Positions 29,746 through 41,726 are shown, numbered from the stretch's first letter. The stretch is DNA of 64,000 bases from Planctomycetota bacterium (GCA_023150555.1 JAKLKQ010000036.1:2196-66195), one strand, 5' to 3'. Numbers and translations: made by a program. The notes: generated by a model not told the origin, from the letters alone.

Positions 29746-30624
29746 GTGCTCAAGCCCCCGCCCCTGCCGAAGCGTTCCAAAAGCGCCCACAAGGGCGACT
29801 GCGGGCGCGTGCTCGTCGTGGGCGGCTGCCGCGGCATGTCCGGCGCACCGTGCCTGGCCGCGCGCGGCGCGCTGCGCGGCGGCGCGGGGCTCGTGAAGGT
29901 CGTCGTCCCCGACGTAATCTGGGACGTCGTCGCGATCAAGCTCGACGAATGCCTCACGCTGGGCCTGCCCGATACGCAAAGCGGCTGCTTCGCCAAAGGC
30001 GCCAAGCAGGCGCTGCTCGACGCCGCCGATTGGGCCGACGCGGTGGTGCTGGGGCCGGGCGTCTCGCAGCATGCGCAGGCCGCGGCGTTGCTGCGCGATA
30101 CGCTGCCGCGCATCGCCGCGCCGGTGGTGCTCGACGCCGACGGACTGAACGCCTTCGCGGGCAAGGGCAAGGCCCTCGCGCGCGCGCAGGCCGTGCGGCG
30201 CTGGCATCCGCTGGTGCTGACGCCGCACCCCGGCGAAGCGGCGCGACTGCTGGGATCCACCATCGAGAAGGTGCAGGCCGATCGCAAGGCCGCCGCGCTG
30301 GGCCTCGTGAGACTCGCCGGTCCCGGCACCGTCGCGGTGCTGAAGGGCGAAGGCACGCTCGTCACCGACGGCTCGCAAGTTTACGTGAATATGACCGGCA
30401 ACCCCGGCATGGCCAGCGGCGGAACGGGCGACGTGCTGAGCGGCCTCGTCGCGGCGCTGACCGGGCAAGGCCTGAGCGCCTTCGATGCGGCGTGCCTGGG
30501 CGTGTACCTGCACGGCCTGGCCGGCGACCGCGCCGCCAAGCGCCTGGGCGTCTGGTCGCTCACCGCGAGCGACCTGCTGGACGAACTCCCCGGCGCGTTC
30601 CTGCAGCACGCGCACGGGCGTTGA
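29746..30624 (+). CDS. nnrD: ADP-dependent NAD(P)H-hydrate dehydratase
   Basis: HKGDCG, GAGLV, GPG, DADGLN, LTPHPGEA, LKG, GGTGDVLSG; AGGAG before GTG 29746. Confidence 0.93.
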   Translation: MLKPPPLPKRSKSAHKGDCGRVLVVGGCRGMSGAPCLAARGALRGGAGLVKVVVPDVIWDVVAIKLDECLTLGLPDTQSGCFAKGAKQALLDAADWADAVVLGPGVSQHAQAAALLRDTLPRIAAPVVLDADGLNAFAGKGKALARAQAVRRWHPLVLTPHPGEAARLLGSTIEKVQADRKAAALGLVRLAGPGTVAVLKGEGTLVTDGSQVYVNMTGNPGMASGGTGDVLSGLVAALTGQGLSAFDAACLGVYLHGLAGDRAAKRLGVWSLTASDLLDELPGAFLQHAHGR

Positions 30625-30627
30625 ACG

Positions 30628-31359
30628 ATGCGAGACGCGAATCTTGGTTTCGCGAAGGGGTTCTGGTGGCTGGTCTTCGCCTGCGGCGCGGGCGGCATGC
30701 TGCTCTTCGTCTTTTTCCTCTTATCCGGTCCATTGGTCCCACACGACTACCTCTATTTCGTCTGGCCTGGCGCCGCTCTCGCCATGGGCTTCACCGCCGC
30801 GATCAACCTGCACGGCTGTTACGTCCGCGAACCGGCACGGGCGCAAGGCGCCTCGCAGTTCATGCTCTCCGATCTCCTGGCAGCCTCACTCCTGACCGGA
30901 ACGGTCCTGACGATATGCTTTGGCGCGCTCGAGCGGGAAATCTTTCTGGTGTACGGAATTTCCGGCTCGCTCGCGAGCGGCGTCGCCTGTGTCGCGTCCC
31001 TGGCCGCGGCAGCTCGAAAGGGCTTCAACGGGTCGAAGCGCAGGCACCTCTATGCGGCCGGGTACTTCGTCCGGACGTTCGGGTTTCTGGCGACGGGCGG
31101 CTTGGTCTTCATGCTGTTGATGCTGCTTCTGACCGGCAACAATCCGCTCAAACTCGTCTTGCAGTTATTCGACGTGAAGCGGACCGGCATCACCGGCCCG
31201 GACTGGCTGGCGTGGCCTTACCGCCTCGGACTTCCATGCCTGATTCTGGGCACGGTCAGTTGCCGCGCGCTGGAACGCGGCCTGCCGAAGAAACTCCCGC
31301 CGCCCGAAAAGGATCGCGTGACCTCATCCCCTCCCGATGGTACAAATGGAGGGGCCTGA
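30628..31359 (+). CDS. Hypothetical multi-pass membrane protein
   Basis: About 6 hydrophobic segments; 3 nt after nnrD. Confidence 0.65.
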   Translation: MRDANLGFAKGFWWLVFACGAGGMLLFVFFLLSGPLVPHDYLYFVWPGAALAMGFTAAINLHGCYVREPARAQGASQFMLSDLLAASLLTGTVLTICFGALEREIFLVYGISGSLASGVACVASLAAAARKGFNGSKRRHLYAAGYFVRTFGFLATGGLVFMLLMLLLTGNNPLKLVLQLFDVKRTGITGPDWLAWPYRLGLPCLILGTVSCRALERGLPKKLPPPEKDRVTSSPPDGTNGGA

Positions 31360-31384
31360 CGTTCGCCACGCAAGGAGATCCACT

Positions 31385-32650
31385 ATGTTCACGCTGCGCC
31401 TGAGTCTCTTGATCCCCGCCTTGGCCTGCTGCGCCGCCGCGCTGCACGCCGAAGACGCCCTGCCCGCCAACAAGGACAAGCCCGCGCGCGGCATGGAAAC
31501 CGGCGGCTGGTCGCTGGAGCCCTGGGGCAACCCGGGCACCGCCGACAAACTCAAGGACGGCGACCGCGCCGTGCTGAAGCTGCTCTACACCAAGGGCGAG
31601 AAGGACAAGACGGCCTTCAAGCACTTCACCGGCACCAGCGCCGACCCCAAGGGCAAGCTGCGCATGTGGGTCTACGCGCCCGACGAGAAGGCGCCGTCGG
31701 TCGCCGTCGCGCTCTCGACGTCGCCGGCATACGTCTGGTTCGAGTCGCGCGCGTTCAAGCTCAAGCAGGGCTGGAACAAGATCGAGGTGCCGCTGGAGAA
31801 GTCGCACTGGAAGTCGGAGAAGACCGGCTGGACGTACGCCACCGGCGTCGAGCACCTCGACCAGATCCGCGGCGTCGACGTGCTGGTCTTCAACGGCCAG
31901 GCCGAGGGCCACCTGCTGCTCGAAGGCCTTGCGCTCGACCCCGACGAGACCGCGCGCAAGGTCGGCGAGCTGATCAAGGAACTCTACAGCGAGGAATCCG
32001 AAAAGCGCACCGCCGCCGAGAAGGCGCTGGTCGAGATCGGGCGCCCGGCCATCGAGGCGCTCTTCCAGGTGCGCGCGTCCAACCCGCCCAGTTCCGTCCT
32101 GCTGCGCGCCGGATGGGCCATCAAGCAGATCGAGGCCAAGGAAGAGGCGCCGCCCGCCGACCCGCAGGTGCGCGAGCAGGTCGAGAAGCAGAAGGAGGAG
32201 ATCTTCTTCGACGAGGCCAAAGCGCGCGTCGACTTCGCCTTCTCGGCGCTGAAGAACGAGCAGGCCCGGATCCTGAAGGCGCTGACCGACGCCGAGGAGG
32301 CGCTCAAGCGCGGCCGCGACGAAGCCGCGCAGCTGAAGAACACCGAAGAGGCCGACCAGAAGGCCTTCCTCGCGAAGCTCGACGACCTCGAACGCCTCGC
32401 CAAGGAAGTCTCCGCCGCGATGGAGGGCGCCAAGCCCAAGACGGGGGAAAAGAAGGAAGAGAAGACGGCCGAGAAGAAGGAGGCGCTGAAGCCCGCCGAG
32501 CGCCAGGATGTCCCCGCCAAGACGGAGAAGGCCGAGAAGTCCGCCAAGAACGAGCAGCCCGAAAAGACGGAGGCCGCGCAGACCCGCTCCACCGAACCCA
32601 AAGACACCATGACGGAGCCGATGAAGAAGGAAGGCAGCGAAAAGGAATAA
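31385..32650 (+). CDS. Secreted protein: carbohydrate-binding-like beta domain, HEAT repeat, charged coiled-coil tail
   Basis: AAGGAG RBS; signal peptide; [11 protein letters not shown]; [19 protein letters not shown]; K/E-rich tail. Confidence 0.65.
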   Translation: MFTLRLSLLIPALACCAAALHAEDALPANKDKPARGMETGGWSLEPWGNPGTADKLKDGDRAVLKLLYTKGEKDKTAFKHFTGTSADPKGKLRMWVYAPDEKAPSVAVALSTSPAYVWFESRAFKLKQGWNKIEVPLEKSHWKSEKTGWTYATGVEHLDQIRGVDVLVFNGQAEGHLLLEGLALDPDETARKVGELIKELYSEESEKRTAAEKALVEIGRPAIEALFQVRASNPPSSVLLRAGWAIKQIEAKEEAPPADPQVREQVEKQKEEIFFDEAKARVDFAFSALKNEQARILKALTDAEEALKRGRDEAAQLKNTEEADQKAFLAKLDDLERLAKEVSAAMEGAKPKTGEKKEEKTAEKKEALKPAERQDVPAKTEKAEKSAKNEQPEKTEAAQTRSTEPKDTMTEPMKKEGSEKE

Positions 32651-32748
32651 TCGCCGCTCCGCTTTCCTTCCGCAGCACCTCGATTACAATACTCGCGGTT
32701 TGGGACCCGGCTTACACTGGGTCCGTTTTCATTTGGACGGGAACCGAC

Positions 32749-34419
<1,671 letters not shown>

Positions 34420-34527
34420 AATATAGAGGCGTTGAAGGCGCCTCCCATCCGCGCGTCGAAGCTTTTACACCTTTCCTACAGGTGCACGGCTGGACATCGC
34501 CTCCTTTATATGGGTGAATGGCAGAGC

Positions 34528-35511
34528 ATGACGACGCGCCCGACGCTCCACGCCCTGCTGCCGCTGCTTTTGCTGCTGCTCGCCGGCTGCGGCGACGGCA
34601 GCCAGAAGCCGCTCGCCACGCAGGCCGCGCCGCCCGCGGCCAAGGCCGAAACGCCGCCGCCTGCTCCGGCGCCCAAGGCCGCACCCGCGCCACAGCCCGC
34701 GCCCGACCCCAAGCTCACGCAGCCGGCGACCGGCGCGAAGGCCGCGCCGATGCCGATGCCCGAAACGATCTCGCTGCTGACCCTGAACCTCTGCGTCGAT
34801 CCGGTCAACGTGCCGGAACGCATCCCCGCACTGCGCAAGCTGCTCGCCGAGCACCACGCCGACATCATCGCGCTGCAGGAAGTCGCGACGCCGTTCGCCG
34901 AGGCGCTGGCGCGCGAGAAGTGGGCCAAGGGCGTCTACGACGTCACGCGCATGTACGACAAGCCGACCAGCGTGCGCGGCCTGTACCTCATGTCGCGCTT
35001 TCCCATCAAGAAGATGGACTTCAAGGTCCTGCCGAGCATGCAGGAACGCGGTGCGTTGGTCGCGTACCTGGACGTGCGCGGACGCACGTTCGCCGTCGGC
35101 ACAGTGCACCTGGAGAGTTTTCTGGAGGACGGCCCGCGCCGCGCCGTGCAACTGGACCAGACCTTCCCGATGCTGGACGAAGCCGAGGATGGCGTGCTGC
35201 TGGGCGACTTCAACTTCGGCGAGGGCGAGCCCGAAAGCGAGCACCTCGACAAACGCTTTGCGGATGTCTGGCGCGCACTGAAGCCCGACGATCCGGGCTT
35301 CACCTGGGATCCGGTCAAGAGCCCCTTCGCCAAGCGCCAGTCGCTGCCCAAGGAAGGCCAGCGCCGCATCGACCGCATCCTGGTGCGCAGCGAACGCTGG
35401 ACGCCGAAGTCCATCGAGCTCCTCGGCGACCAACCGATCGACGCCGAACACCCCGACCTCTTTCCTTCCGACCACTTCGCGCTGCGCGCGGAACTGGAGT
35501 GGAAGGAGTGA
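34528..35511 (+). CDS. Endonuclease/exonuclease/phosphatase family lipoprotein
   Basis: Lipobox LLAGC; IALQEV, HLES, GDFN, RIDRI, SDHF. Confidence 0.85.
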   Translation: MTTRPTLHALLPLLLLLLAGCGDGSQKPLATQAAPPAAKAETPPPAPAPKAAPAPQPAPDPKLTQPATGAKAAPMPMPETISLLTLNLCVDPVNVPERIPALRKLLAEHHADIIALQEVATPFAEALAREKWAKGVYDVTRMYDKPTSVRGLYLMSRFPIKKMDFKVLPSMQERGALVAYLDVRGRTFAVGTVHLESFLEDGPRRAVQLDQTFPMLDEAEDGVLLGDFNFGEGEPESEHLDKRFADVWRALKPDDPGFTWDPVKSPFAKRQSLPKEGQRRIDRILVRSERWTPKSIELLGDQPIDAEHPDLFPSDHFALRAELEWKE

Positions 35512-35556
35512 CCTTCGCCGCTTGATCCCGCGCGGCCGCGCGGTAAGACGGCGCCC

Positions 35557-36456
35557 ATGGAACGCATCGAATACGCCGGATGGCCGAACTGCGTGCGCCT
35601 TTCCAATGGCGCCGTCGAGTTCGTCGTCACCGCAGACGTCGGCCCGCGCGTGATCCGCTTCGGCTTCGCCGGCGGCGCGAACGAGTTTCACGAGGTTCCC
35701 GGCGAACGCGGCAAGACCGGCGGCACCGCGTGGCGCCCCTACGGCGGCCACCGCCTGTGGCACGCGCCCGAGAACGACCCGCGCACCTATTACCCCGACA
35801 ACGATCCCGTCGAGGTCCAGGACCACGGCGCGTTCGCGCGCTTCGTCCAGCGAACGGAAGCATCGACCGGCATCGCCAAGGAACTCGATATCGCGCTGGA
35901 GCCGAAGCGCGCCCGCGCGCGCGTGACGCACCGCCTTATCAACCGCAACGCGTGGTCTGTCACGCTCGCGCCGTGGGCCATCAGCGTACTCGCTCCCGGC
36001 GGCGTGGCGATTCTGCCGCTGCCGCCGCGCGGCGAACACCCGCGCGACCTGCTGCCGACGAGTTCGCTGACGCTGTGGGCCTACACGGAGATGAACGACC
36101 CGCGCTGGACGTGGGGCCGCCGCTTTGCGCTGCTGCGCCACGACGCCAAGGCGAAGATCCCGCAGAAGGCCGGCGTGATGACCCATGAAGGTTGGGCGGC
36201 CTACGCGCGCGGCGGCAATCTTTTCCTCAAACGCTTTGCGTCAGACCCGTCCCGCACGTACCCCGACTTCGGCTGCACTGTGGAGAGCTTCACCAACGCG
36301 GAGATGCTCGAACTCGAGACGCTCGGCGCGCTCGAACCGATCGAACCCGGCGCTTGCGCGGAGCACATCGAGACGTGGGAGCTGCACGCGAACGTCCCGG
36401 TGCCGAAGTCCGACGCGGACGTCGAACGCGACGTCCTGCCGCGGGTCAACGATTGA
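35557..36456 (+). CDS. Conserved hypothetical protein, galactose-mutarotase-like beta-sandwich
   Basis: DVGPRVI, YGGHRLWHAPE, YPDFGC, LELETL motifs. Confidence 0.7.
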   Translation: MERIEYAGWPNCVRLSNGAVEFVVTADVGPRVIRFGFAGGANEFHEVPGERGKTGGTAWRPYGGHRLWHAPENDPRTYYPDNDPVEVQDHGAFARFVQRTEASTGIAKELDIALEPKRARARVTHRLINRNAWSVTLAPWAISVLAPGGVAILPLPPRGEHPRDLLPTSSLTLWAYTEMNDPRWTWGRRFALLRHDAKAKIPQKAGVMTHEGWAAYARGGNLFLKRFASDPSRTYPDFGCTVESFTNAEMLELETLGALEPIEPGACAEHIETWELHANVPVPKSDADVERDVLPRVND

Positions 36457-36998
36457 GCACTCCAGCCTTGGCTGTTGACCGTTAAAGTCATGCTTTTCGC
36501 CACACAGGGGCGGGTTAACAACCCGCGCCACGTGCTTGTGCGTTCCGCAGTAAGCGCACCATCGTTCGGCACTGCTGGACAAGCGGCACCGTGGCGCCCA
36601 ACAGGCCTCGCATTGTTTTTCGGTTTTGCAGATTTCTCGCCGCACCCCTTCTTCTCCGGATGCCGGAGTCCGGAATCCGGGGTCCCTCTTTAATACGCTT
36701 TACGTAATTACACTTTGAGCAACGTAACACATCCACGATGTGCAATGTAACACCCGCCGTTCACATAAACCCTATTTGCACCCCGCGCAGCACCTCGCGC
36801 AAAAACGTCATAAGTCCAATAATTCCGTAAAGCGCACCATGTTAAATATGCGATTAATTCGATACAGTATGTCATTTTGACAAATGCACCCGCATTCACG
36901 CATCGTGCTGCACATGATGGAGAAAGAAATCTTGCAAATCCGCGGATTTTCTTCCCGGAACGCGCGCGGAGGATTTCACTTCGTGCAGCGGCGCTGGC

Positions 36999-37961
36999 CT
37001 ACTTCGTGACGATCTTGCCGGTCTCGACGGCCTCCAGATCGCTGCCCTTGACCTTCTTCAGCCAGCGCAGTTCGTCGTCGTTCCACTTCGGATTCGGCGC
37101 GCCGGAGATGAACCAGTCGCCGCCATTGTCGGCCAGGATCATGCCGTAAGTCTTGAGGCACCTCAGGATCGCCTGCGCGGACTTGGGCGCCTTCGAGTCG
37201 TCGAAGCCGGCCTTCAGCCGCACGCGCAGGCCCATGGGCGGCAGCTTGGGATCGCTGCTGCGGCTGGCGAAGTGCGTCGCCGGCGCGATGTAGCCGCGCT
37301 GCGTCTTGCGCACGGTGAAGCGCAGCGCGTGGCGGATCTCGCCGGCCTCGACGGCTTCGTCGTAACGCGCCAGGCCCGGGAAGACGGGCAAGCCCGCGGC
37401 GTCGGCGCTGGTCCAGCCGGCGGGGCGCAGCTTGTTGCTGGAAAGGTCGAAGATGGCGCCGCTGCCGGCCTTCCAGCCGTCGGCGGTCTTGTGCGCGGCG
37501 AAGAGTTCGTAGAGCTTGTTATTCTTGGGATCGAGCACCAGGATGTGGCGGTCGCCGTCGGACTTCTCGCCGCCTTCGATCGGCGCGTCGGGCGGTATGG
37601 GGTACGGGCCGGGATCGCTCTCGTCGGCATACTCGAACGAGACCTTCACCTTCGGCTGGTTCGGCGGGACGACGCAGAACGGGATGCCGTTGGGCGCGCC
37701 GTTGTACTCGGTGCCGAAGTCCGGATGCAGCGTCTTGTCGGCCCCGATGGAGGCGATGTAGTCGGCCGAGTGCGCGTGCACGGGCAGCTTGTCGACGGGC
37801 TGGTTCCAGGGATTGTCGGCGGGGAAGATGGCGACGTCGCCGTGCGGCGTCTTCAGCACGGGGCCCGTTTCCTTCGCGGCCTTATCGTTCTTCGCGGGCG
37901 AGCCGGCGTAGAGCGGATTGGTGGCGACGGCGATCGTCACGACGAGGGCGATGCGATACAT
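36999..37961 (-). CDS. Conserved secreted hypothetical protein
   Basis: GAGGAGG RBS; signal peptide; FPADNPWN, ESDPGPYPIP, GDRH, WTSADAAGLP, YGMILADNG. Confidence 0.75.
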   Translation of the reverse strand: MYRIALVVTIAVATNPLYAGSPAKNDKAAKETGPVLKTPHGDVAIFPADNPWNQPVDKLPVHAHSADYIASIGADKTLHPDFGTEYNGAPNGIPFCVVPPNQPKVKVSFEYADESDPGPYPIPPDAPIEGGEKSDGDRHILVLDPKNNKLYELFAAHKTADGWKAGSGAIFDLSSNKLRPAGWTSADAAGLPVFPGLARYDEAVEAGEIRHALRFTVRKTQRGYIAPATHFASRSSDPKLPPMGLRVRLKAGFDDSKAPKSAQAILRCLKTYGMILADNGGDWFISGAPNPKWNDDELRWLKKVKGSDLEAVETGKIVTK

Positions 37962-37990
37962 GCGGGCCTCCTCTTGATTGAGCGGACGCG

Positions 37991-38905
37991 TCACGCGCCG
38001 AAGTATTCTTTCCGTTTGCGCTTGAGGAACTCGACCGAGCGGCGCATCTCGTCCATGCCGTTCATGCCGTCCTCGATGCTGATCCAGCCGCCGAAGTTCA
38101 CCTCTTTCAGCCGCGTGAAAATGGCGTCGAAGTCGTTCATCCCCTCGCCCGTCACGCCGTGCTTCAGCAGCGAGCTGTAGCCGGTCGCACCGATGTCCTT
38201 CATCAGCTGCTCGGCGGTGGCGCCGGGCGCGAGGTAGCGGTCGCTGGCGTGCATCGTCACAACGCGCGCCTTGACGCGGTCGAGCAACTCGACGGGGTCC
38301 TCGCCGCAGACGACGCAGTTGCTGGGGTCGAACTGCACGCCGAAGTTCGGCGCCTCGATCTTGCCGACGATCTCGCAGAAGACGTCCATGTGTTGCGCGA
38401 ACTCGGGGTGCGTCCAGTAGCCGTCCTTGTAGTGGTTCTCCATCGCCAGCGTCACGCCGCGCTTCTCGGCGTGCGGCAGGCAGGCCTCGATGCATTCCAC
38501 CACCCAGCGCACGCCGTCGGCGCGCGAGACCTCTGGACGGCGCTGCCCGCTGAGCGTGCGGCAGAAGCCGCCGCCCAGGTCGGCGGTCAGGTCGATGCGC
38601 TGTTTCTGTTTTTCCACCTCGCGCGCGCGAAAGGCCGGATCGGGATGCGTGAAATCGGGGCTGAAACAGAGCATGCTAAAGGCCTGGCCCGTCTTCTTGA
38701 TCGCGCTGCGGACCTCGGCGATGTACTTCGCCTCAAAGGATTTCAGGAAGCCGTCGTAGAGCTCGCAGCCGTCGGCGCCCAGCTCGGCCGATTGCGCGAT
38801 CCACTCCAGCAGCGGCTTGCGGCCCGCGACGATGTCCTCCAGCCAGCACTTGGGGAAGGTGCTGATGCGCGGGACGGCCTTGGCGGCGGGCTGCTTCGCA
38901 GGCAC
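37991..38905 (-). CDS. Sugar-phosphate isomerase/epimerase (xylose-isomerase-like TIM barrel)
   Basis: MENH, FDPSN, MHASD, WISIED metal-binding pattern; start uncertain. Confidence 0.85.
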   Translation of the reverse strand: MPAKQPAAKAVPRISTFPKCWLEDIVAGRKPLLEWIAQSAELGADGCELYDGFLKSFEAKYIAEVRSAIKKTGQAFSMLCFSPDFTHPDPAFRAREVEKQKQRIDLTADLGGGFCRTLSGQRRPEVSRADGVRWVVECIEACLPHAEKRGVTLAMENHYKDGYWTHPEFAQHMDVFCEIVGKIEAPNFGVQFDPSNCVVCGEDPVELLDRVKARVVTMHASDRYLAPGATAEQLMKDIGATGYSSLLKHGVTGEGMNDFDAIFTRLKEVNFGGWISIEDGMNGMDEMRRSVEFLKRKRKEYFGA

Positions 38906-39050
38906 GGTGGGGTTCTCCAATCGGCAGCACAAGGCTAGCAGCGCGCCCCGGCTTCGCCAAGAGCAGGCCGGGGTGCCGCCTATAACTCATTGAAACAAAA
39001 GGAGTTGATCGTAAAGGACGCAATGGGGGTCGCGGGGCCGGGCTTTGAAC

Positions 39051-39078
39051 TTGACACATGTGCGTTTCCCTCTATAAA
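39051..39078 (+). promoter_or_regulatory. Sigma70 promoter of the rpmF-fab operon
   Basis: TTGACA-16 nt-TATAAA. Confidence 0.65.
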
Positions 39079-39190
39079 GCTCTGCTGGTCCTAGCGTTAA
39101 CATCGGGCGGCCCGGGTTGGGCCGCCGATTTTTGTTCAAGGGGCTTAGGTCGCTGACCAAGCGACCGGCCGATAGCGGAAGACTGAAGCC

Positions 39191-39397
39191 ATGGCAAACC
39201 CGAAGCGCCGGCACTCCCACGCCCGAACCCGATTGCGCCGAAGCCACGACCATCTAAAGAACCCCTCGGTCGGTACCTGTTCGAAGTGCGGCTCTCCCAA
39301 GCGTGCCCACCAGATCTGCGGCTACTGCGGCTACTACGCGGGCGCCGAGATCATCAAGATGGAGCCCGAGGAGACCGAGGAACAGGCCAAGGCCTGA
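39191..39397 (+). CDS. rpmF: 50S ribosomal protein L32 (Zn-ribbon type)
   Basis: MANPKRRHSHARTRLRRSH, CSKC and CGYCGYY. Confidence 0.96.
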   Translation: MANPKRRHSHARTRLRRSHDHLKNPSVGTCSKCGSPKRAHQICGYCGYYAGAEIIKMEPEETEEQAKA

Positions 39398-39501
39398 ACG
39401 CCTCGCCGCCGAGCCAAGCCCGTTAGCCGCGCGTCCCGCCATGGGCGGGCCGTCCATGCGCGTGCCGAGCGGGCTCGTACTGCACCGAAGGATGGCAAAC
39501 C

Positions 39502-40506
39502 ATGGCCAGCGATACCTCCGCCGCCATTCTGGGAACGGGCTCGTACGTGCCCGAACGCCGCCTCACCAACGCAGATCTCGAGAAGACGCTTAATACCTCC
39601 GACGAGTGGATCACCACGCGCACGGGGATCAAGGAACGCCGCATCGCCGCTGACGGCGAAGTCACCAGCGACATGTGCCTGAAGGCCGCGCAACTTGCGC
39701 TGAAAGACGCCGGCCTGACGCCCGAAGCCCTCGACCTCATCATCATCGCCACCCTCACGCCTGACCAGCCTATGCCTTCCACCGGCTGCATCCTGCAGCA
39801 GAAGCTGGGCCTGGGCGAGAAGGGCGTTCCGGGCTTCGACCTCAACGCCGCCTGCAGCGGTTACCTGTACGCGCTCAGCTGCGCGAAGGCCCACATCGAG
39901 TCCGGCATGGCCAAGACCGTGCTGGTGGTGGGTGCCGAGGCGCTGTCGCGCATCGTCGACTACCAGGACCGCGGCACCTGCATTCTCTTCGGCGACGGCG
40001 CCGGCGCGGCCGTGGTGGGCCTGCCCCGCGAAGGCCGGCCCGCGCACCGAATCAAGTCCGTCCACTTGTGGGCCGACGGGCGCGGCGGCGAGCAGCTGAT
40101 CATTCCCGCCGGCGGCGCCAGGCAGCCGGCCAGCCACGCGTCGGTCGACGAGCGCCTCCACTACGTGCGCGTCAACGGACGCGAGGTCTTCCGCTTCGGC
40201 GTTACCAAGATGGTCGAGATGATCCAGCGCCAGATGGCCGAGCACGACCTCAAGGCCGAGGACATCGGGCTGATCGTGCCGCACCAGGCCAATATCCGCA
40301 TCCTCGACTCGGCGACCGAGCGGCTGGGCCTTCCGCCGGAACTCTTCTTCACGAACCTGGAGCAGTACGGCAACACGTCGGGGGCGTCCGTGCCGCTGGC
40401 GCTGGACGAGGCCGCCCGCCAGGGCCGCATTCCCCAAGGCAAGGCCGTCCTCCTGCTCGGTTTCGGCGCCGGGCTGACCTGGGCGTCGGCGCTTCTAGAG
40501 TGGTGA
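39502..40506 (+). CDS. fabH: 3-oxoacyl-ACP synthase III
   Basis: AACSG, LFGDGAGA, PHQAN, YGNTS. Confidence 0.95.
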   Translation: MASDTSAAILGTGSYVPERRLTNADLEKTLNTSDEWITTRTGIKERRIAADGEVTSDMCLKAAQLALKDAGLTPEALDLIIIATLTPDQPMPSTGCILQQKLGLGEKGVPGFDLNAACSGYLYALSCAKAHIESGMAKTVLVVGAEALSRIVDYQDRGTCILFGDGAGAAVVGLPREGRPAHRIKSVHLWADGRGGEQLIIPAGGARQPASHASVDERLHYVRVNGREVFRFGVTKMVEMIQRQMAEHDLKAEDIGLIVPHQANIRILDSATERLGLPPELFFTNLEQYGNTSGASVPLALDEAARQGRIPQGKAVLLLGFGAGLTWASALLEW

Positions 40507-40508
40507 GC

Positions 40509-41450
40509 ATGCCGGATCTTCCCGTTCTCGTCTTTCCGGGCCAGGGCGCGCAGGCCGTGGGCATGGGCAGCGACCTAGCCGAGGCCGTTCCCGAGGTCGC
40601 CGCGCTGTTCAAGCGCGCCGACGAGGTACTCGGCTTCGACCTGACCCGCACGATCTTCGAAGGCCCCGAAGAGGCCCTGCTCGACACCGCCGTCCAGCAG
40701 CCGGCTCTGGTGCTGGTCAGCCTCGCCGCCGCCAAAGCCCTGGAAGTGCGCCGCGGCAAGCCGCTGGAAGCCGCCGCAGCCGCGGGCTTGAGCCTGGGCG
40801 AGTACGCCGCCCTGGCCGCCGTCGGCGCGCTGGCCTTCGATGACGCGCTTAAGCTGGTGCGCCGCCGCGGGCAACTGATGAAGGAAGCCAGCGACAAGGT
40901 CCCCAGCGGCATGGCAGTAGTGCTGAAGCTCGAGGCCGACAAGATCGCCGCCGCCTGCGCGCAGGCGGCCAAGGAAACCGGCGGGGTCGTCTCGCCGTGC
41001 AACTTCAACGGCGGCGGGCAGATCGTGATCGGCGGCGCGCACGAAGCGCTGGACCGCGCGATGGCCCTGTGCAAGGAAGCCGGCGCCAAGCGCTGCATGA
41101 AGCTGCCCGTGCACGGCGCCTTTCATACCGAGATCATGCGGCCGGCCGCCGAAGGCTTGAAGGAGGCGCTGGCCAAGACGCCCATCCAGGCCGCCCGCGC
41201 GCCGGTATATGCGAACGTCAGCGCCAAGCCGGTCCGCGAGCCGGGCGAGATCCGCGCGGCCCTGGAGGCCCAGCTGACCAGCCCGGTGTTATGGGAGCAG
41301 ACGGTCCTGAACCTTTCCGCGGCGGGCCACACGCGCTACCTGGAACTGGGCGCGGGCAAGACCGTCAGCAACATGATCTTAAAAATCGATGGTAACGCGC
41401 AGACCAGCGCGGTTGGAAGTGTGGCGGACCTCGACGCGGTGGGGGCCTGA
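40509..41450 (+). CDS. fabD: Malonyl-CoA:ACP transacylase
   Basis: FPGQGAQ, GLSLGEY, GAFH. Confidence 0.94.
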   Translation: MPDLPVLVFPGQGAQAVGMGSDLAEAVPEVAALFKRADEVLGFDLTRTIFEGPEEALLDTAVQQPALVLVSLAAAKALEVRRGKPLEAAAAAGLSLGEYAALAAVGALAFDDALKLVRRRGQLMKEASDKVPSGMAVVLKLEADKIAAACAQAAKETGGVVSPCNFNGGGQIVIGGAHEALDRAMALCKEAGAKRCMKLPVHGAFHTEIMRPAAEGLKEALAKTPIQAARAPVYANVSAKPVREPGEIRAALEAQLTSPVLWEQTVLNLSAAGHTRYLELGAGKTVSNMILKIDGNAQTSAVGSVADLDAVGA

Positions 41451-41453
41451 GCC

Positions 41454-41714
41454 ATGCGCAAGATCATCGGCATCGTGCTGATCCTGGCGGCCGGCGGCCT
41501 GGGGTACCTTGCCTACAACGAGTACCGCGAGCACAACAAGGTCGCCTTCGCGCTCGAGGAAGGCATGAAGGACTGGAACGACTCGATGAAGGATACGCCC
41601 TTCACGGTCAACGCGAAGGTCAAGAAGGAAGTGCCAAACAATACGATCTTCGCCGGAGCCGGCGCGGTGTTGTGCCTGCTGGCCGGCGCAGGTCTGGTCG
41701 TCACGGGGAAGTAA
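41454..41714 (+). CDS. Small two-TM membrane protein
   Basis: Hydrophobic N- and C-termini; fills the fabD-fabG gap exactly. Confidence 0.7.
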   Translation: MRKIIGIVLILAAGGLGYLAYNEYREHNKVAFALEEGMKDWNDSMKDTPFTVNAKVKKEVPNNTIFAGAGAVLCLLAGAGLVVTGK

Positions 41715-41726
41715 CGGGGTAACGAG

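Noticed and set aside
36655-36685. CCGG heptamer repeats as a CRISPR array
   Set aside because: Units are 7 nt without spacers; no cas genes in the window
36457-36998. Replication origin
   Set aside because: AT-rich, but no cluster of TTATCCACA-like DnaA boxes and no dnaA/dnaN context visible
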